Assembly (NCBI GenBank): GCA_965238005.1
Contig: OZ250165.1
Coordinates: 128,001 to 192,000 of the forward strand
Direction: 5' to 3'
Source of the DNA: Longimicrobiales bacterium
GTDB taxonomy: Bacteria; Gemmatimonadota; Gemmatimonadetes; Longimicrobiales; Gaopeijiaceae
DNA length: 64,000 nucleotides
A program made the translations under genes and the position numbers. Within the stretch, counting starts at the first letter, position 1. The number at the start of each line of letters is the position of its first letter. Shown piece after piece: positions 1-10,585 of the stretch. The notes under the pieces were generated by a model. The model worked only from the letters and a program-made list of their open reading frames with translations, was not told the origin of the DNA and searched no databases.

Positions 1-187
1 TCAGCTTCTCGTCGATCCTCTCCGTGGCCTCGGCCACCGGCCAGACGATGGGCCGGTTCCGATCCCTCTGGAAGACCGTCGTCACCATGAAGAAGATGAG
101 AAGCAAGAATGCGATGTCAGCCATCGACGAGTTGGGAACGTCCGACGACGCCTGCGACTTACGCTTGAATCCGCCTTGGAGCGCCAT
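1..187 (-). CDS. exbD: ExbD/TolR-family biopolymer transport protein (runs off window edge)
   Basis: Manual translation from ATG at 187: MALQGGFKRKSQASSDVPNSSMADIAFLLLIFFMVTTVF; has the ExbD TM motif and parallels the neighbouring ORF. Confidence 0.85.
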   Translation of the reverse strand, partial: MALQGGFKRKSQASSDVPNSSMADIAFLLLIFFMVTTVFQRDRNRPIVWPVAEATERIDEKL

Positions 188-192
188 TGTCG

Positions 193-618
193 CTAGCCCT
201 CCAGGAGCTGTAGGGAGACACGCTCGGCACCGGCGGTGTGAAGCGCGTCCAGCACATCGACCATGAACTTGTACGGTGCGTCGGGATGCGTCTTCACGGC
301 GGCGATGAGGTTGGCGTTCTCCGCGACTTCCTGGCGCCAGATCCCTTCGAGGGCGTTGGGCCGGACCTGCTGGATCTGCGGGCTCTCACCGCGTTTCAGG
401 TCGACGATTCCGTTCGCCTGAATGATGATGTGGAGGATGTTCTTCTGGCTGACCTCGATCTCTTCCGCCTCCTCCGGAAGAACGATGGCGAGGCCCTTGT
501 CCTTCGGGAAGGTCGTGGTCACCAGGAAGAAGATCAGGAGCAGGAACGCGATGTCCGCCATCGACGCAGAGGGGACCTCGTCGCTGACCTTCGACTTCTT
601 GTTCTTGAGAACGGCCAT
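193..618 (-). CDS. exbD: ExbD/TolR-family protein
   Basis: SMADIAFLLLIFFLVTT TM motif; C-terminal DAPYKFMVDVLDAL. Confidence 0.9.
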   Translation of the reverse strand: MAVLKNKKSKVSDEVPSASMADIAFLLLIFFLVTTTFPKDKGLAIVLPEEAEEIEVSQKNILHIIIQANGIVDLKRGESPQIQQVRPNALEGIWRQEVAENANLIAAVKTHPDAPYKFMVDVLDALHTAGAERVSLQLLEG

Positions 619-672
619 TCTTCAGCCCTCGTATGTGTGCTCAGTTACCGGCGGTGCGACGTAAAGGTTCCT

Positions 673-1422
673 CTAGTCCTCTGCGGGCCCGGCGTCTCCG
701 GATCCTGTGCCTTCGTCCCCGGGTTGTGGGGTGAACGCGGATCGCTCGGCGGCTGGAGCGAAGCCAGCCGGGGCGGCCTCCAAGCCACTCGAGAGATCCC
801 AAGCCAGATCGAGGACCTTCTGCGCTCCCTGCTCCATGTCGACGATCAGCGCGTCGATGCGGGAGACGAAGAAATTGTAGCCGATGTTGACGGGAATTGC
901 GATCAGGAGGCCCGTCGCCGTGGTCAGCAGCGCGACCTTGATCCCGCCCGCTACCAGCGTCGGATCTACGTCACCGGCCGCCTCGATGGACGCGAAGGCC
1001 AGGACCATCCCGACCACGGTACCTAAGAAGCCCATGAGGGGAGCGACGTTGGCCACGGTAGCCAGAATCACGAGTCCCCGCTCGAGGAAGCCCAACTCGA
1101 TGGTCCCCGTGGTCTTGATGGCTTGCTCCATCTCATTTAGCTCGATTTCCTCTGCCTTGATTTTTCGCAATCCCGCCACGAGGATGGCGGCAGCCGGTCC
1201 CGGTCGGGCGGCCGCCAGCTCGAGCGCCTCATCGAGCCGACCCTCGCGAGCAGCCTCGTCGACCTCGGCGAGAACGGCTTGGGTGCTGCTGTGGGCGACC
1301 GAGAGGGTCCACGCCTTCGCAATGATCACACCAAGCGCGACGAGCGAGCAGAGCACCAGGGGATACATCATCAGGCCGCCATCGGAGAACAGCGACAAAA
1401 GATGGTATTGGCTCGCGTCCAA
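673..1422 (-). CDS. exbB: MotA/TolQ/ExbB proton channel protein
   Basis: ANVAPLMGFLGTVVGM and GGIKVALLTTATGLLIAIP motifs; start (TTG) uncertain. Confidence 0.9.
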   Translation of the reverse strand: MDASQYHLLSLFSDGGLMMYPLVLCSLVALGVIIAKAWTLSVAHSSTQAVLAEVDEAAREGRLDEALELAAARPGPAAAILVAGLRKIKAEEIELNEMEQAIKTTGTIELGFLERGLVILATVANVAPLMGFLGTVVGMVLAFASIEAAGDVDPTLVAGGIKVALLTTATGLLIAIPVNIGYNFFVSRIDALIVDMEQGAQKVLDLAWDLSSGLEAAPAGFAPAAERSAFTPQPGDEGTGSGDAGPAED

Positions 1423-1584
1423 GCGACGCTCCTTTGTGCAACGGTCCCGGTACCGCCGGCCTGCCGACGGTCATCTGAGTGAAGACGCGCCAATCTAGTG
1501 CGCCGTCCCGAAAATTCCTAGACCATCTGCCAGATCATACGACATCAAAGGATTTGGGCTTTCAGGCCAGGTTCGCAAGCACCC

Positions 1585-2382
1585 TCACGCGAGGGTTGGG
1601 GCCAGGGCCGCCGGGCGTTCGGGTAACGTACCACCGAGGATCTCCCTGAGTCGCGCCGTTTCCACATCCCGCTCCAGCCGGCCGTGCTGCGCCACCGATA
1701 CCCGGGCGGTCTCCTCGCTGACCACGACGACCAGAGCGTCGGTCTCCTCGCTGAGGCCGATGGCCGCACGGTGGCGGGTACCCAGGGACTTGTCGGCGAC
1801 CGCGTACTGGGTCAGAGGAAGGATCGCACCGGCTGCCCGTATCTCGTCTCCCACCACTATCACCGCTCCGTCGTGCAGGGGACTCCCGGCCGTGAAGATC
1901 GTCTGAAGCATCTCGGACGAAACGCGGACCCTCTCCCGGCTACCGGTCTGACCGTACTCGTCGAGGCCGACCTCCTGCTCGATGGCGATGATGGCGCCCA
2001 TCTTCCTGCGAGAGAGCTCTTCGACACCGTGGACGATCTCGTCGATCAGCTGGCTTTCCTGCATCGGATTGACCATGCGGATCAGGCGACTCCGGCCGAG
2101 ACGGCTCAAGGCGGTCCTCAGCTCGGGCTGGAACACGACCAGAGCCGCAATGACCCCGTAACTGAAGACCGACTCCAGGATGTACTCGATGAGGGTCAGC
2201 CGGAGGACCTGGGAGACGAAATACGCTGCAGCCAGGACGAGCAGTCCCAGAAGGATCTGCATCGCCCGGGTTCGCCGGATAATCAGCAGAATCCTGTAGA
2301 GCAGAAACGCGACAAGGAGGATCTGGAGGAGGTCGAGCGGCCCCGGAAGGAAGAACTGCAGCTGATTCCAGAGTCGGGACAC
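1585..2382 (-). CDS. dacA: Membrane diadenylate cyclase CdaA/DacA
   Basis: Three N-terminal TM helices, VVFQPELR, and DAC motifs LHDGA and GTRHRAA. Confidence 0.92.
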   Translation of the reverse strand: MSRLWNQLQFFLPGPLDLLQILLVAFLLYRILLIIRRTRAMQILLGLLVLAAAYFVSQVLRLTLIEYILESVFSYGVIAALVVFQPELRTALSRLGRSRLIRMVNPMQESQLIDEIVHGVEELSRRKMGAIIAIEQEVGLDEYGQTGSRERVRVSSEMLQTIFTAGSPLHDGAVIVVGDEIRAAGAILPLTQYAVADKSLGTRHRAAIGLSEETDALVVVVSEETARVSVAQHGRLERDVETARLREILGGTLPERPAALAPTLA

Positions 2383-2392
2383 TTTGGATCAG

Positions 2393-4606
2393 CTAGCTGG
2401 AGGCGCCTGCCTCCGGATCCTCGACACGGAGCCGGACCGCGGGGGTGCGTACGGTGTCGGGGCTCGACTCCTCGGCGCTCGAGTCCTCGCCGCCCGGCCC
2501 TTTCAGCGCGGCCCCCTCCAGAACCGTGCCTTCCTCGACGGCAGTGTCTTTCGCTGCGCCCTCCTCGACGGCAGTGTCCTCCGCCGTGCCTTCCTCGACG
2601 GCAGTGTCCTCCGCTGCGCCCTCCTCGACGGCAGTGTCCTCCGCCGTGCCTTCCTCGACGGCAGAATCGTCGGTGGCGTCGGATGAAGAAGCCGCTCCCT
2701 CGCCCTCCTCATCGTACTCGGGGGTCGCCAGGGGCGGGAGCTCCTCGCCGGCGTCCAAAGCCGCGATCTCGGCGGCATCCAGCGTCTCCCGGCCCAGGAG
2801 CGCCTGGGCCAGTTCCTCCAACAGATCGCGGTGCTCGGTGACCAGCGCCCGAGCGCTCTCGTGGGCCTCGTCAAGCACACGCTTGATCTCCTGATCGACC
2901 TGCTGGGCCGTGTGCTCCGACACCTCCCGGCGCTGGATCAGGTCACGGCCCAGGAAGACCTCCTGATCCGCCTGCCCGATGGCCATGAGACCGATGAGGT
3001 CGGACATGCCGAATCGGGTCACCATCTGGCGGGCCAGGGCCGTGGCCCTCTCGATGTCGTTGCCCGCTCCCGTGGTGATCTGGTTGGGCCCGAAGACCAT
3101 CTCCTCGGCGACACGCCCCCCGAAGAGCATGCACAGCTGCCCCTGGAGCCACTCTTTCGTATACGAGTGGCGGTCTTCCTCCGGCAGGCTCGCGGTGATG
3201 CCGAGGGCCCGCCCACGAGGCACGATGGTGATCTTGTGGACCGGGTCCATGCCGGGCAGACGGAGGCCGACAACGGCGTGGCCCGCCTCGTGGTATGCCG
3301 TGAGCCTCCGCTCCGAGTCCGTGAGCACCATGCTGCGCCGCTCGGCCCCGAGCATGACCTTGTCCTTCGCCTCTTCGAAGTGGGCGTTGCTCACCTTGTT
3401 GCTGCCGTCGCGAGCAGCCAGGAGGGCCGCCTCGTTACAGATGTTGGCCAGATCCGCGCCGCTGAGACCCGGAGTGCCCTTGGCCACGGCCTTGAGCTCC
3501 ACGTCTCCGGTCAGCGGTAGCTTCTTGGCGTGGACCCGAAGGATCCCTTCTCTGCCCCTGATGTCCGGGAGGTCCACGACGACCTGGCGGTCGAAACGGC
3601 CGGGCCGAAGGAGGGCTGGGTCGAGAACGTCGGGTCGATTGGTCGCCGCCAGCAGGATCACGCCCTCGTTGGCCTCGAAGCCGTCCATCTCGACCAGGAG
3701 GGCGTTGAGGGTCTGCTCGCGCTCGTCGTGCCCGCCTCCCAGGCCGGCTCCACGATGCCGTCCCACCGCGTCGATCTCGTCGATGAAGATGATGCAGGGG
3801 GCGTGGGCTTTGCCCTGCTCGAACAGGTCACGGACCCGGGACGCTCCCACACCGACGAACATCTCGACGAAGTCGGACCCGGACATCTGGAAGAACGGCC
3901 TCGCGGCCTCTCCCGCCACGGCACGGGCCAACAGCGTCTTTCCGGTGCCCGGAGGACCCACGAGCAGGACACCCTTGGGCAGCCGGCCACCGAGGCGCGA
4001 GAACCTCTGCGGGTCCTTGAGGAACTCGATGATCTCCTCGAGCTCTTCCTTCGCTTCGTCCGCCCCGGCGATGTCCGCGAAGGTGCCCGTGGGCGTGTCC
4101 GGCGCGATGAGCTTCGCCTTGGAGCGTCCGAATTGGAACGCCCTGTTTCCCCCACCCTGCATCGTGCGGAAGATCCAGATCCAAAACGCGATGAAGAGCA
4201 GCCAGGGCAACACGCCCAGTAGGAGGGTCCCCCAACCGCGTGTCTCCAGCTTACCCGAGATCTCGATCTCGTGCTGCTCCAGGTCGGCGAGGAGATCGGG
4301 AGTGATCTCGCCCGGGAGCATCACTGTGAACTTCTGGAACTCCTGGCCCTCTTCGATCCGCGGCGCCCGCAGCTCTCCCTCGATCAGGCGGCTCTCGACG
4401 ACCGTGACCTCGAGAATGTTGTCCGCGTCGAGCTGCGCCTTGAATTCCGTGTACGTGAACTCGACGGCCACGTCGCTCTGCCCCCGCATGAACTGGAAGG
4501 CGAGAGCCGTCATGAGGACGAGAAGCAGCCAGAAGGCACCGGTCCTTGAGAACCGGCTCATTGGAGATCCGTCGTTCGGCGTGCGAAGTGGGTCTTGTTC
4601 AGCCAT
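2393..4606 (-). CDS. ftsH: ATP-dependent zinc metalloprotease FtsH with acidic repeat tail
   Basis: Two TM segments, Walker A GPPGTGKT, Walker [17 protein letters not shown], Zn motif HEAGH. Confidence 0.98.
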   Translation of the reverse strand: MAEQDPLRTPNDGSPMSRFSRTGAFWLLLVLMTALAFQFMRGQSDVAVEFTYTEFKAQLDADNILEVTVVESRLIEGELRAPRIEEGQEFQKFTVMLPGEITPDLLADLEQHEIEISGKLETRGWGTLLLGVLPWLLFIAFWIWIFRTMQGGGNRAFQFGRSKAKLIAPDTPTGTFADIAGADEAKEELEEIIEFLKDPQRFSRLGGRLPKGVLLVGPPGTGKTLLARAVAGEAARPFFQMSGSDFVEMFVGVGASRVRDLFEQGKAHAPCIIFIDEIDAVGRHRGAGLGGGHDEREQTLNALLVEMDGFEANEGVILLAATNRPDVLDPALLRPGRFDRQVVVDLPDIRGREGILRVHAKKLPLTGDVELKAVAKGTPGLSGADLANICNEAALLAARDGSNKVSNAHFEEAKDKVMLGAERRSMVLTDSERRLTAYHEAGHAVVGLRLPGMDPVHKITIVPRGRALGITASLPEEDRHSYTKEWLQGQLCMLFGGRVAEEMVFGPNQITTGAGNDIERATALARQMVTRFGMSDLIGLMAIGQADQEVFLGRDLIQRREVSEHTAQQVDQEIKRVLDEAHESARALVTEHRDLLEELAQALLGRETLDAAEIAALDAGEELPPLATPEYDEEGEGAASSSDATDDSAVEEGTAEDTAVEEGAAEDTAVEEGTAEDTAVEEGAAKDTAVEEGTVLEGAALKGPGGEDSSAEESSPDTVRTPAVRLRVEDPEAGASS
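2524..2664. repeat. Coding tandem repeat, about 4.7 x 30 bp, alternating variants (60-bp period)
   Basis: Units of ytcctcgacggcagtgtcctccgcygygcc, encoding EDTAVEEG[T/A]A in the FtsH tail. Confidence 0.95.
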
Positions 4607-4650
4607 GTGTTTCTGCTACACCTGGAACGGCGTCGGAGTCCCACCGACGC

Positions 4651-5190
4651 TCACAAACTTGCAATATAGGGCAAGTGGCGGAAGTTTTCGCTGAAATCCA
4701 GCCCGTAGCCCACCAAGAACTCCCGCGGGGCGTCGAAGCCCACCCAGCGGGGCTCCTTCGCAAGCTGGCTGATGCGCTTGTGCAGAAGGGCACAGATCTC
4801 CAGGCTCTTGGGACCTCGCTCTTCCAGCAGCGGGACGAGGCGGTTCATGGTGTTTCCGCTGTCGACGATGTCCTCGACGATGATCACCGCCCGGTCTTCC
4901 AGCGTCGCCTCCGAATCATAGAGAAGCTGTACGTTGCCGCTGCTCATGGTGTCACTGCCGTAGCTCGACGCCACCAGAAAGTCGACATGAAGCGGCAGGT
5001 CGATGGATCGCACCAGGTCGGCCAGGAATATGAACGAGCCCTTTAGCAGGCCCAGCACCAGCAGATCGTCGTCCTCGGTGTAGGTCTCCGTGATCTCTCG
5101 ACCCATCTCCTCGACGCGCCGAGCGATCGCCTCCTCCGAGTAGACGATGCGGTTCAGCGCCTGTCCCCCCAACCTCGCCTGGGTAGTCAC
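4651..5190 (-). CDS. hpt: Hypoxanthine phosphoribosyltransferase
   Basis: [28 protein letters not shown] motif, [11 protein letters not shown] start overlaps the tilS stop. Confidence 0.95.
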   Translation of the reverse strand: MTTQARLGGQALNRIVYSEEAIARRVEEMGREITETYTEDDDLLVLGLLKGSFIFLADLVRSIDLPLHVDFLVASSYGSDTMSSGNVQLLYDSEATLEDRAVIIVEDIVDSGNTMNRLVPLLEERGPKSLEICALLHKRISQLAKEPRWVGFDAPREFLVGYGLDFSENFRHLPYIASL

Positions 5191-6554
5191 CGATCCTCCG
5201 ATGTGGACAACGAAATGGCGAACGCACTTTCCTCTTCGGCCGGGACGTGCTGGCATGAGCGAGACACGCCGGGAACCCAAAGCACGCGGCCACGGCCGTC
5301 CACCACGACGGGGACCCGAGACCGCTCAACCAGGGGTACGCGTGCCTCTCCGAAGACCTTCTTCAGCTTCTTGGATCCGTACGAGTACCGCACCCGGTCT
5401 CCGGGGCTCCACCCCCGCATCCGGAGGGGAAACTCGAGCTCTGCCAGGGAGAACCGCTCGACCCACGTTCCCTCGAGCGCCTCGGTGAGCGACCAAGTGG
5501 CCGACCAGTCCCGCCCTCTAATCACGAAACCCCCTCGACCCTCTCCGGGTTCGCCGATCTCAAGCGAGCCGTCGTCGCCTCGCTCCCTGATGAGCTCGAG
5601 CACGAGATGATCGAACGCGCGGTGCAACCTGAGGAGCCCTGTGATCCAGTGCTCCTTACCGCTAGCGCCCGCGCTTGCAAACGCAACGGCCGCCCGAGTT
5701 CCGGCCTCATCGAGCCGTACCCCCAAGCGGGCCGAGAGCGCCCGCAGCGCGCGGGCATGAACCTCCGAATCATACGCGAGCCAGGAGACCCGATCAACGA
5801 CGATGCGGGCGTCGCTCGACTCCACGATCAAGTCGTCCAGGAGCTTTGCGAGGATCGACTGCCACGCCCTCTCTTCTCTCTGGGCGATGCGCGCCAGCCG
5901 CACCAGGGAGCCCCGAGTGCCCGGGGCTACCGCGGCCTCGAGGCGGGGCAGTACCTCGTGCCTGATCACGTTCCGGGCGAAGGCAGGATCTTCGTTGGAC
6001 GGATCGAGGCGCGGCTCGATCCCTACGGATTCCGCATACCGTGCGAGGCGATCCCGCGTGAACCGTAGCAGAGGCCTCAGGATTCCCGGTGCCCTCTGCT
6101 CCGGAATGCCTGCGAGGCCGCGAAGGCCCGTGCCACGAGCGATACGGAAGAGCACGGTCTCCGCTTGATCGTCGGCGTGGTGGGCAGTGACGATCCACCG
6201 GGCTCCCAACGCTCGATGCTCCGCTTCCAGAAACTCGTAGCGGGCCTCTCGGGCCTCCCCTTCGCCGGCAAGGCCGGCCTCCGCCACGCCCTCACGAAAG
6301 GGAAGATCCCAAGCCTGGGCCACTCCACGGACCCACGAGGCGTCGCCTGAGCTCTCGGGCCGCATACGGTGATCGAAGTGCCCGACGATGAGATGGAGTC
6401 TGGGAAGTCCCGGTGTGAATCGCAGAAGATGAAGCAGAACGAGGGAATCCAGCCCCCCGGACACGGCCACGAGGATCTTGTCACCCTCTGAGAAGAACCC
6501 TCGCTGGGCCACGTGCTCCTCGAAGTCACGCGCCAGCGCATGCCGATGGCTCAT
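5187..6554 (-). CDS. tilS: tRNA(Ile)-lysidine synthetase
   Basis: AVSGGLDS PP-loop, TAHHADDQAET, RPLL, RNVIRH; ATG overlaps the upstream stop. Confidence 0.95.
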   Translation of the reverse strand: MSHRHALARDFEEHVAQRGFFSEGDKILVAVSGGLDSLVLLHLLRFTPGLPRLHLIVGHFDHRMRPESSGDASWVRGVAQAWDLPFREGVAEAGLAGEGEAREARYEFLEAEHRALGARWIVTAHHADDQAETVLFRIARGTGLRGLAGIPEQRAPGILRPLLRFTRDRLARYAESVGIEPRLDPSNEDPAFARNVIRHEVLPRLEAAVAPGTRGSLVRLARIAQREERAWQSILAKLLDDLIVESSDARIVVDRVSWLAYDSEVHARALRALSARLGVRLDEAGTRAAVAFASAGASGKEHWITGLLRLHRAFDHLVLELIRERGDDGSLEIGEPGEGRGGFVIRGRDWSATWSLTEALEGTWVERFSLAELEFPLRMRGWSPGDRVRYSYGSKKLKKVFGEARVPLVERSRVPVVVDGRGRVLWVPGVSRSCQHVPAEEESAFAISLSTSEDR

Positions 6555-7402
6555 CCCTCGACTTCGACCTCGGACGAGGGAGAGGCGAAAGGGCGGCGGG
6601 CCACATCCGCCAGGACCCGTGCGAGGATGTCGAGACGGTCGGTCTGGAGGCCGTCGACACCCCAGTCGAGGAGTCGTCGCATATCCCCCTCGTCGTCCAC
6701 CACCCATACGTGGACGGCGACGTTGAGGCGATGGGCCTGGGAGATGAACCTCGGTGTCACCACCCGCAGACCACGCCAGCGCTCGGGCACCTGAAGGACA
6801 TCGAACCTGGGTCGCAGCGTCCCCATCATCCGTGCGTGGCTGGCACACCAGAACCAGGCGATGTCCCGCCGAGAGGCACCCCACGGCCCCGTGTAGCCAT
6901 GAGCGTCATTGCGCCAGGCTTCCACCTCGGCCGCCACCAACACCCGATGCGTGGCGTTATGCCGGCGGATCACCTCCAGGAGGGGGCGTGCCACGTCCGG
7001 AGACTTCGTCTCCACGTTCACCCGTGTGTCCGGAAAGGCGTCGAGGACCTCCTCCAGGGAGGGCACGCGAATACCCTTTCCCCGGAACGACGTCTCACCG
7101 TCGAGGTCTCGGAAATGGAAGCCCGCGTCAAGGGCCTTCACCTGCTGCCACGACATGGAGGCGATGGGCCCGATTCCGTTACACGTCCGATCCACCGTCG
7201 CGTCGTGGATCAGCACGACCTTGCCGTCGGCGGTCAGGTGCGCGTCGGTTTCGAGCATGTCGACACCCCACCCCTCCACAGCTAGTCGGAATGCCGCCAT
7301 GGTGTTTTCCGGGGCCATGTGGCCCCCGCCCCGGTGGGCGATGAAGAGCGGACTGCCAGCCAGGTAGGAATGGCCTGGTCGCCGCCTTTGGAGTGAGGCC
7401 AC
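6551..7402 (-). CDS. Glycerophosphodiester phosphodiesterase (GDPD family)
   Basis: IAHRGG, PENT, ETDAHLTADG, IHDATVDRT, GVDGLQTD. Confidence 0.92.
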   Translation of the reverse strand: MASLQRRRPGHSYLAGSPLFIAHRGGGHMAPENTMAAFRLAVEGWGVDMLETDAHLTADGKVVLIHDATVDRTCNGIGPIASMSWQQVKALDAGFHFRDLDGETSFRGKGIRVPSLEEVLDAFPDTRVNVETKSPDVARPLLEVIRRHNATHRVLVAAEVEAWRNDAHGYTGPWGASRRDIAWFWCASHARMMGTLRPRFDVLQVPERWRGLRVVTPRFISQAHRLNVAVHVWVVDDEGDMRRLLDWGVDGLQTDRLDILARVLADVARRPFASPSSEVEVEG

Positions 7403-7414
7403 GGGTCCGACGAT

Positions 7415-7930
7415 TCAGGACGCTGACGCCCCGTCCCTGAAGCCCTCTACGTCGGCCGGGTCGACCCCGTGGAGACGAAAGAGCACCAGGTCGAGGAGCC
7501 GGTCGGTCAGAGCCAGATCCCGCTCCGTCCGTAAGGCGTCCTCGTCTTCGGGGTGCTCCTTCGGGTCCTGGAGCGCCACGACACGCTCGGCCAGGAACCC
7601 CACCACCTCTTCCACGACTTCCGGTCGGGGATTAGCGGGAGCCAGGGAGTCGGGCATGACCTGCTCCAGGAGCAGGCCACGGACATAGGCGAGGAATCCG
7701 GGGAACGTCAACTCGGACAAGGGCTCTCCCTCGACCTGCTCCTCATCTGTGATATTCTCCCAGGCGAGCTCGTTCACGTATAGCTCGGTGGCCCCGGCCT
7801 TGAGGTGTTCTCGCTCGGAGTCTGACAGCTCAGGGCCGTCGGACGGAGTCGGAACCGTGAGCTTGCGGCCCAGCGCCCGTGCCAATTCCTCTCTTCGTTC
7901 ATCGAGCAATGCCTTGGCTCGATAATCCAT
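7415..7930 (-). CDS. Hypothetical acidic helical protein
   Basis: 171-aa ORF with GAGGAG RBS before the ATG and genome-like codon use; no motif recognised. Confidence 0.7.
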   Translation of the reverse strand: MDYRAKALLDERREELARALGRKLTVPTPSDGPELSDSEREHLKAGATELYVNELAWENITDEEQVEGEPLSELTFPGFLAYVRGLLLEQVMPDSLAPANPRPEVVEEVVGFLAERVVALQDPKEHPEDEDALRTERDLALTDRLLDLVLFRLHGVDPADVEGFRDGASAS

Positions 7931-8029
7931 ATCGCAGACTCCTCGAGGTCGTTGGGATGAGCGCCCCACCGGGGCAACTTACGGACCGTCGTAGCCCGGC
8001 CGCTACTCCGCACTACGCGGTCGTGAGAC

Positions 8030-8797
8030 CTACTCCCGCCTGTCCCGGCGTATCCGCGCCGCCAACCGGTCGTACAGGCCGCGGGGTAGCGCTTGGCCCG
8101 CCCAGACGGCGGAAGAGAGGGGCACAGGGAAAAGCAGTGAAGGACGACGGGTGGCGATGGCTCCGTACATCCGCTCCACGGCGTCGTCGAGTTCGACTAG
8201 AAAGGGCCTCTTGTCCACGTACTTCGACGTCTCGGAGGCGCGCACGTACCCTGGCGAGATCACGGTGACGTGCACCGGATCGTCCTTCAGGTCGAGCCGA
8301 AGACTCTCGAAGAAGATCCGGAGCGCCGCCTTCGATGCCGCATATGCCGCCGTCTTCGGAAGGCCTCCGAATCCCGCTAGGCTGGACACGGCCACGAGAT
8401 GGCCTCTCTTCCGCTCCAACATGCCGGGGAGCACTGCCTCCACGGCGTAGACGGCACCAAGAAAGTTGACCCGCATGAGGCGTTCGACATCTTCCGCCAC
8501 CAGGCGATGGGTATCGGTGCCCTCGCTTACCCCGGCGTTGGCCACGAGAAGGTCGACGGGCCCCAGGGCTTCCTGGCACGCTCGCGCGGCCCGGTGCATG
8601 GCTTCCGGATCCGTAACGTCGCACGCCAACGCCCGAGCCTTCCCACCACGGGCCTCGATCTCCTCCTTCACGGCCTGAAGAGCGTCCTCACGGCGTGCCG
8701 CCAGCCCCACGGAGTACCCCTGCCGGGCCAGGCGCAGGGCCAGTGCGCGACCGATCCCGGATGAAGAACCTGTGACCAGAGCTACGGTGGAGCTCAT
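8030..8797 (-). CDS. Short-chain dehydrogenase/reductase
   Basis: TGSSSGIG, NAG, YAASK motifs; ATGA overlap with upstream gene. Confidence 0.93.
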   Translation of the reverse strand: MSSTVALVTGSSSGIGRALALRLARQGYSVGLAARREDALQAVKEEIEARGGKARALACDVTDPEAMHRAARACQEALGPVDLLVANAGVSEGTDTHRLVAEDVERLMRVNFLGAVYAVEAVLPGMLERKRGHLVAVSSLAGFGGLPKTAAYAASKAALRIFFESLRLDLKDDPVHVTVISPGYVRASETSKYVDKRPFLVELDDAVERMYGAIATRRPSLLFPVPLSSAVWAGQALPRGLYDRLAARIRRDRRE

Positions 8798-9765
8798 CCG
8801 CCACCCCGGAGATCCCGCTCCCACGCGCCGAAGGCCACCTCGTAGTACCTGGGATTGAACATGGCCCACTCGCCCAGGGACTCGGGGACCGAATAGGCTC
8901 GGGCCGCTTCGGCCACCGGGATCCCGGCCTCCACCGCCCGAGTGGCCGCCATTCCCACATCCTCAAGGAGATCCACGTAAGGGGCGAGCCCGGCCAGGTC
9001 GGACGTGTCACCGTGACCGGGCACGTAGAGCACCTGAGGGTCGACGAGGATCTCCCGTACGTGGCGGATCAGGCGCGTGGGGCGGGCGTCACGATAGTTC
9101 GGGAAGAGGCCGTTCCAGACGAGGTCGCCACACCACACGACCCTGGGATGGTCTATCTCCACCGTAACGTCACTGGAGGTGTGTCCCTCACGAACGGTGA
9201 CGCGAACCACCCGACCGCCCAAATCGATCTCGGTGACCCTCTCCGTATCCGCGATGATCAGGTTGGGGAGCAGCCGCTCCCGCTCCTCGCCTGCGAGAAG
9301 CCGATGGGTCTCGTGGGTGGTCAGGACCCGCAGCTCACCGGGCCGGGCGCGGTATCCGCTCTGCCCCACCGAGTGGTCACCGTGATGGTGGCTGAGCACC
9401 ACATGGGTAGGCCGGCGGCCGGTGAGTCGCTCCGCGGCGTCACCCACCCATGTTGCCCCCTCGACGCTGGCCAATCCCTCCACGGCCAGAATCCCATCGC
9501 GGCCCACGATGAAACCGCCGTTGGAGAGCGTCGTGAAGTCTCCCTCCTTCAGAGGCGTCGAAACCACCACCCAGACGCCCTCGGCGATCTCCTCGATGCG
9601 ACCCCACGGCTCCACGGCCCGGACCACGCCTCTGGGCGACCCCGCGAAAGCCTCGCGCACGAAGGAGGGGGCAAAGTTCAATGCCAGCAGGAAGTGGGCG
9701 CCACACGACGCGGAGTGCTGGAGGAACCGGCGCCGGCTCGGACCCCTCGATGGCGAAACGGACAT
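8794..9765 (-). CDS. Tat-exported metallo-beta-lactamase-fold hydrolase
   Basis: SRRRFL twin-arginine signal; HHHGDH, GHT, GDL, PGHG motifs. Confidence 0.88.
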   Translation of the reverse strand: MSVSPSRGPSRRRFLQHSASCGAHFLLALNFAPSFVREAFAGSPRGVVRAVEPWGRIEEIAEGVWVVVSTPLKEGDFTTLSNGGFIVGRDGILAVEGLASVEGATWVGDAAERLTGRRPTHVVLSHHHGDHSVGQSGYRARPGELRVLTTHETHRLLAGEERERLLPNLIIADTERVTEIDLGGRVVRVTVREGHTSSDVTVEIDHPRVVWCGDLVWNGLFPNYRDARPTRLIRHVREILVDPQVLYVPGHGDTSDLAGLAPYVDLLEDVGMAATRAVEAGIPVAEAARAYSVPESLGEWAMFNPRYYEVAFGAWERDLRGGG

Positions 9766-9949
9766 GAGTGCCTCAGGCGATCTCTGGTTATGCTGTGGCT
9801 AGCCTAGGGTGGTGTCCCAAAAACACAATGACAGTACTTCCTGTCGGCGTGATACGGACCTCCTGACGTCGCGCGCGGTTTCTGCTGGGCGACCAAGATG
9901 TCGACCGGAAGCCAAGCGGGCAAAGCCTCCTCCACGGAAACGCTGATTA

Positions 9950-10585
9950 CCGAGTGAAACGTAGTCCCCTCGGACGTTTGTCACGTATGCGATGGCTCCG
10001 TCCGGCTAATCGCGACGCCGAGGGGTCCATCATCTACAGGTATTGAGGCATCACCGTGTTCGACGCAACGTCGATCACAGAAACTGTGTTTGAGTCTATG
10101 TTCGTCACGTAGGCGCGGCGGCCGTCGGGAGTGATCGCCACCTCACTGGGAAAGCGGCCTACTGAGATTGGAGCGCCAAGGATCGTGTCTGTGGTAGCGT
10201 CGATCACGGAAACACCGCCACTGAACAGAAAGAGCGACATAGACACGCGTGCCGTCAGGTGTGATGGCAATGCCCTGTGGTCGGGGGCCCATTGGGATGG
10301 GAGCGCCAGCCAACGCGTCAGTGGCGAGATCGACCACCGAACATCTCGGCTGCCGATATGGGAAACGTACGCGCGTTGCCCATCGGGCGTGATCACAATG
10401 CCAAAGGGACCATCGCGTGCCGGGATCGACTTGACGACCGCGCTCGTGCCCAGGTCGATCACCGTGACGTCGTTGCTTGCCCAGTTGGTCACATAGACTC
10501 GGCTGCCGTCCGGTGTGATCGCAATGCTCGAAGGAGCCTCGCCCACCTCGATCGGCGGGCCAACCACGGTGCTCGTGGCTACGCG
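9950..10585 (-). pseudogene. Degraded YVTN/YncE-type beta-propeller repeat gene
   Basis: About five repeats of P..IAITPDG.R.YVTN..S..VSVID that switch frame near 10341, 10230, 10050 and 10007; no intact start; GC looks lower than flanks. Confidence 0.82.

Noticed and set aside
2524..2664. 30-bp repeats as a CRISPR array
   Set aside because: Units are contiguous with no unique spacers, are in frame within ftsH, and no cas genes are present
2979..4694. Long + strand ORFs (also 26450-27805, 44085-45416, 48384-49817, 60117-61604)
   Set aside because: Antisense shadows of well-supported genes, expected at high GC, with no family motifs
8794..9765. Antibiotic-resistance metallo-beta-lactamase
   Set aside because: Fold motifs only; the Cys typical of subclass B1 enzymes is replaced by Asp (GDL), so the substrate cannot be called
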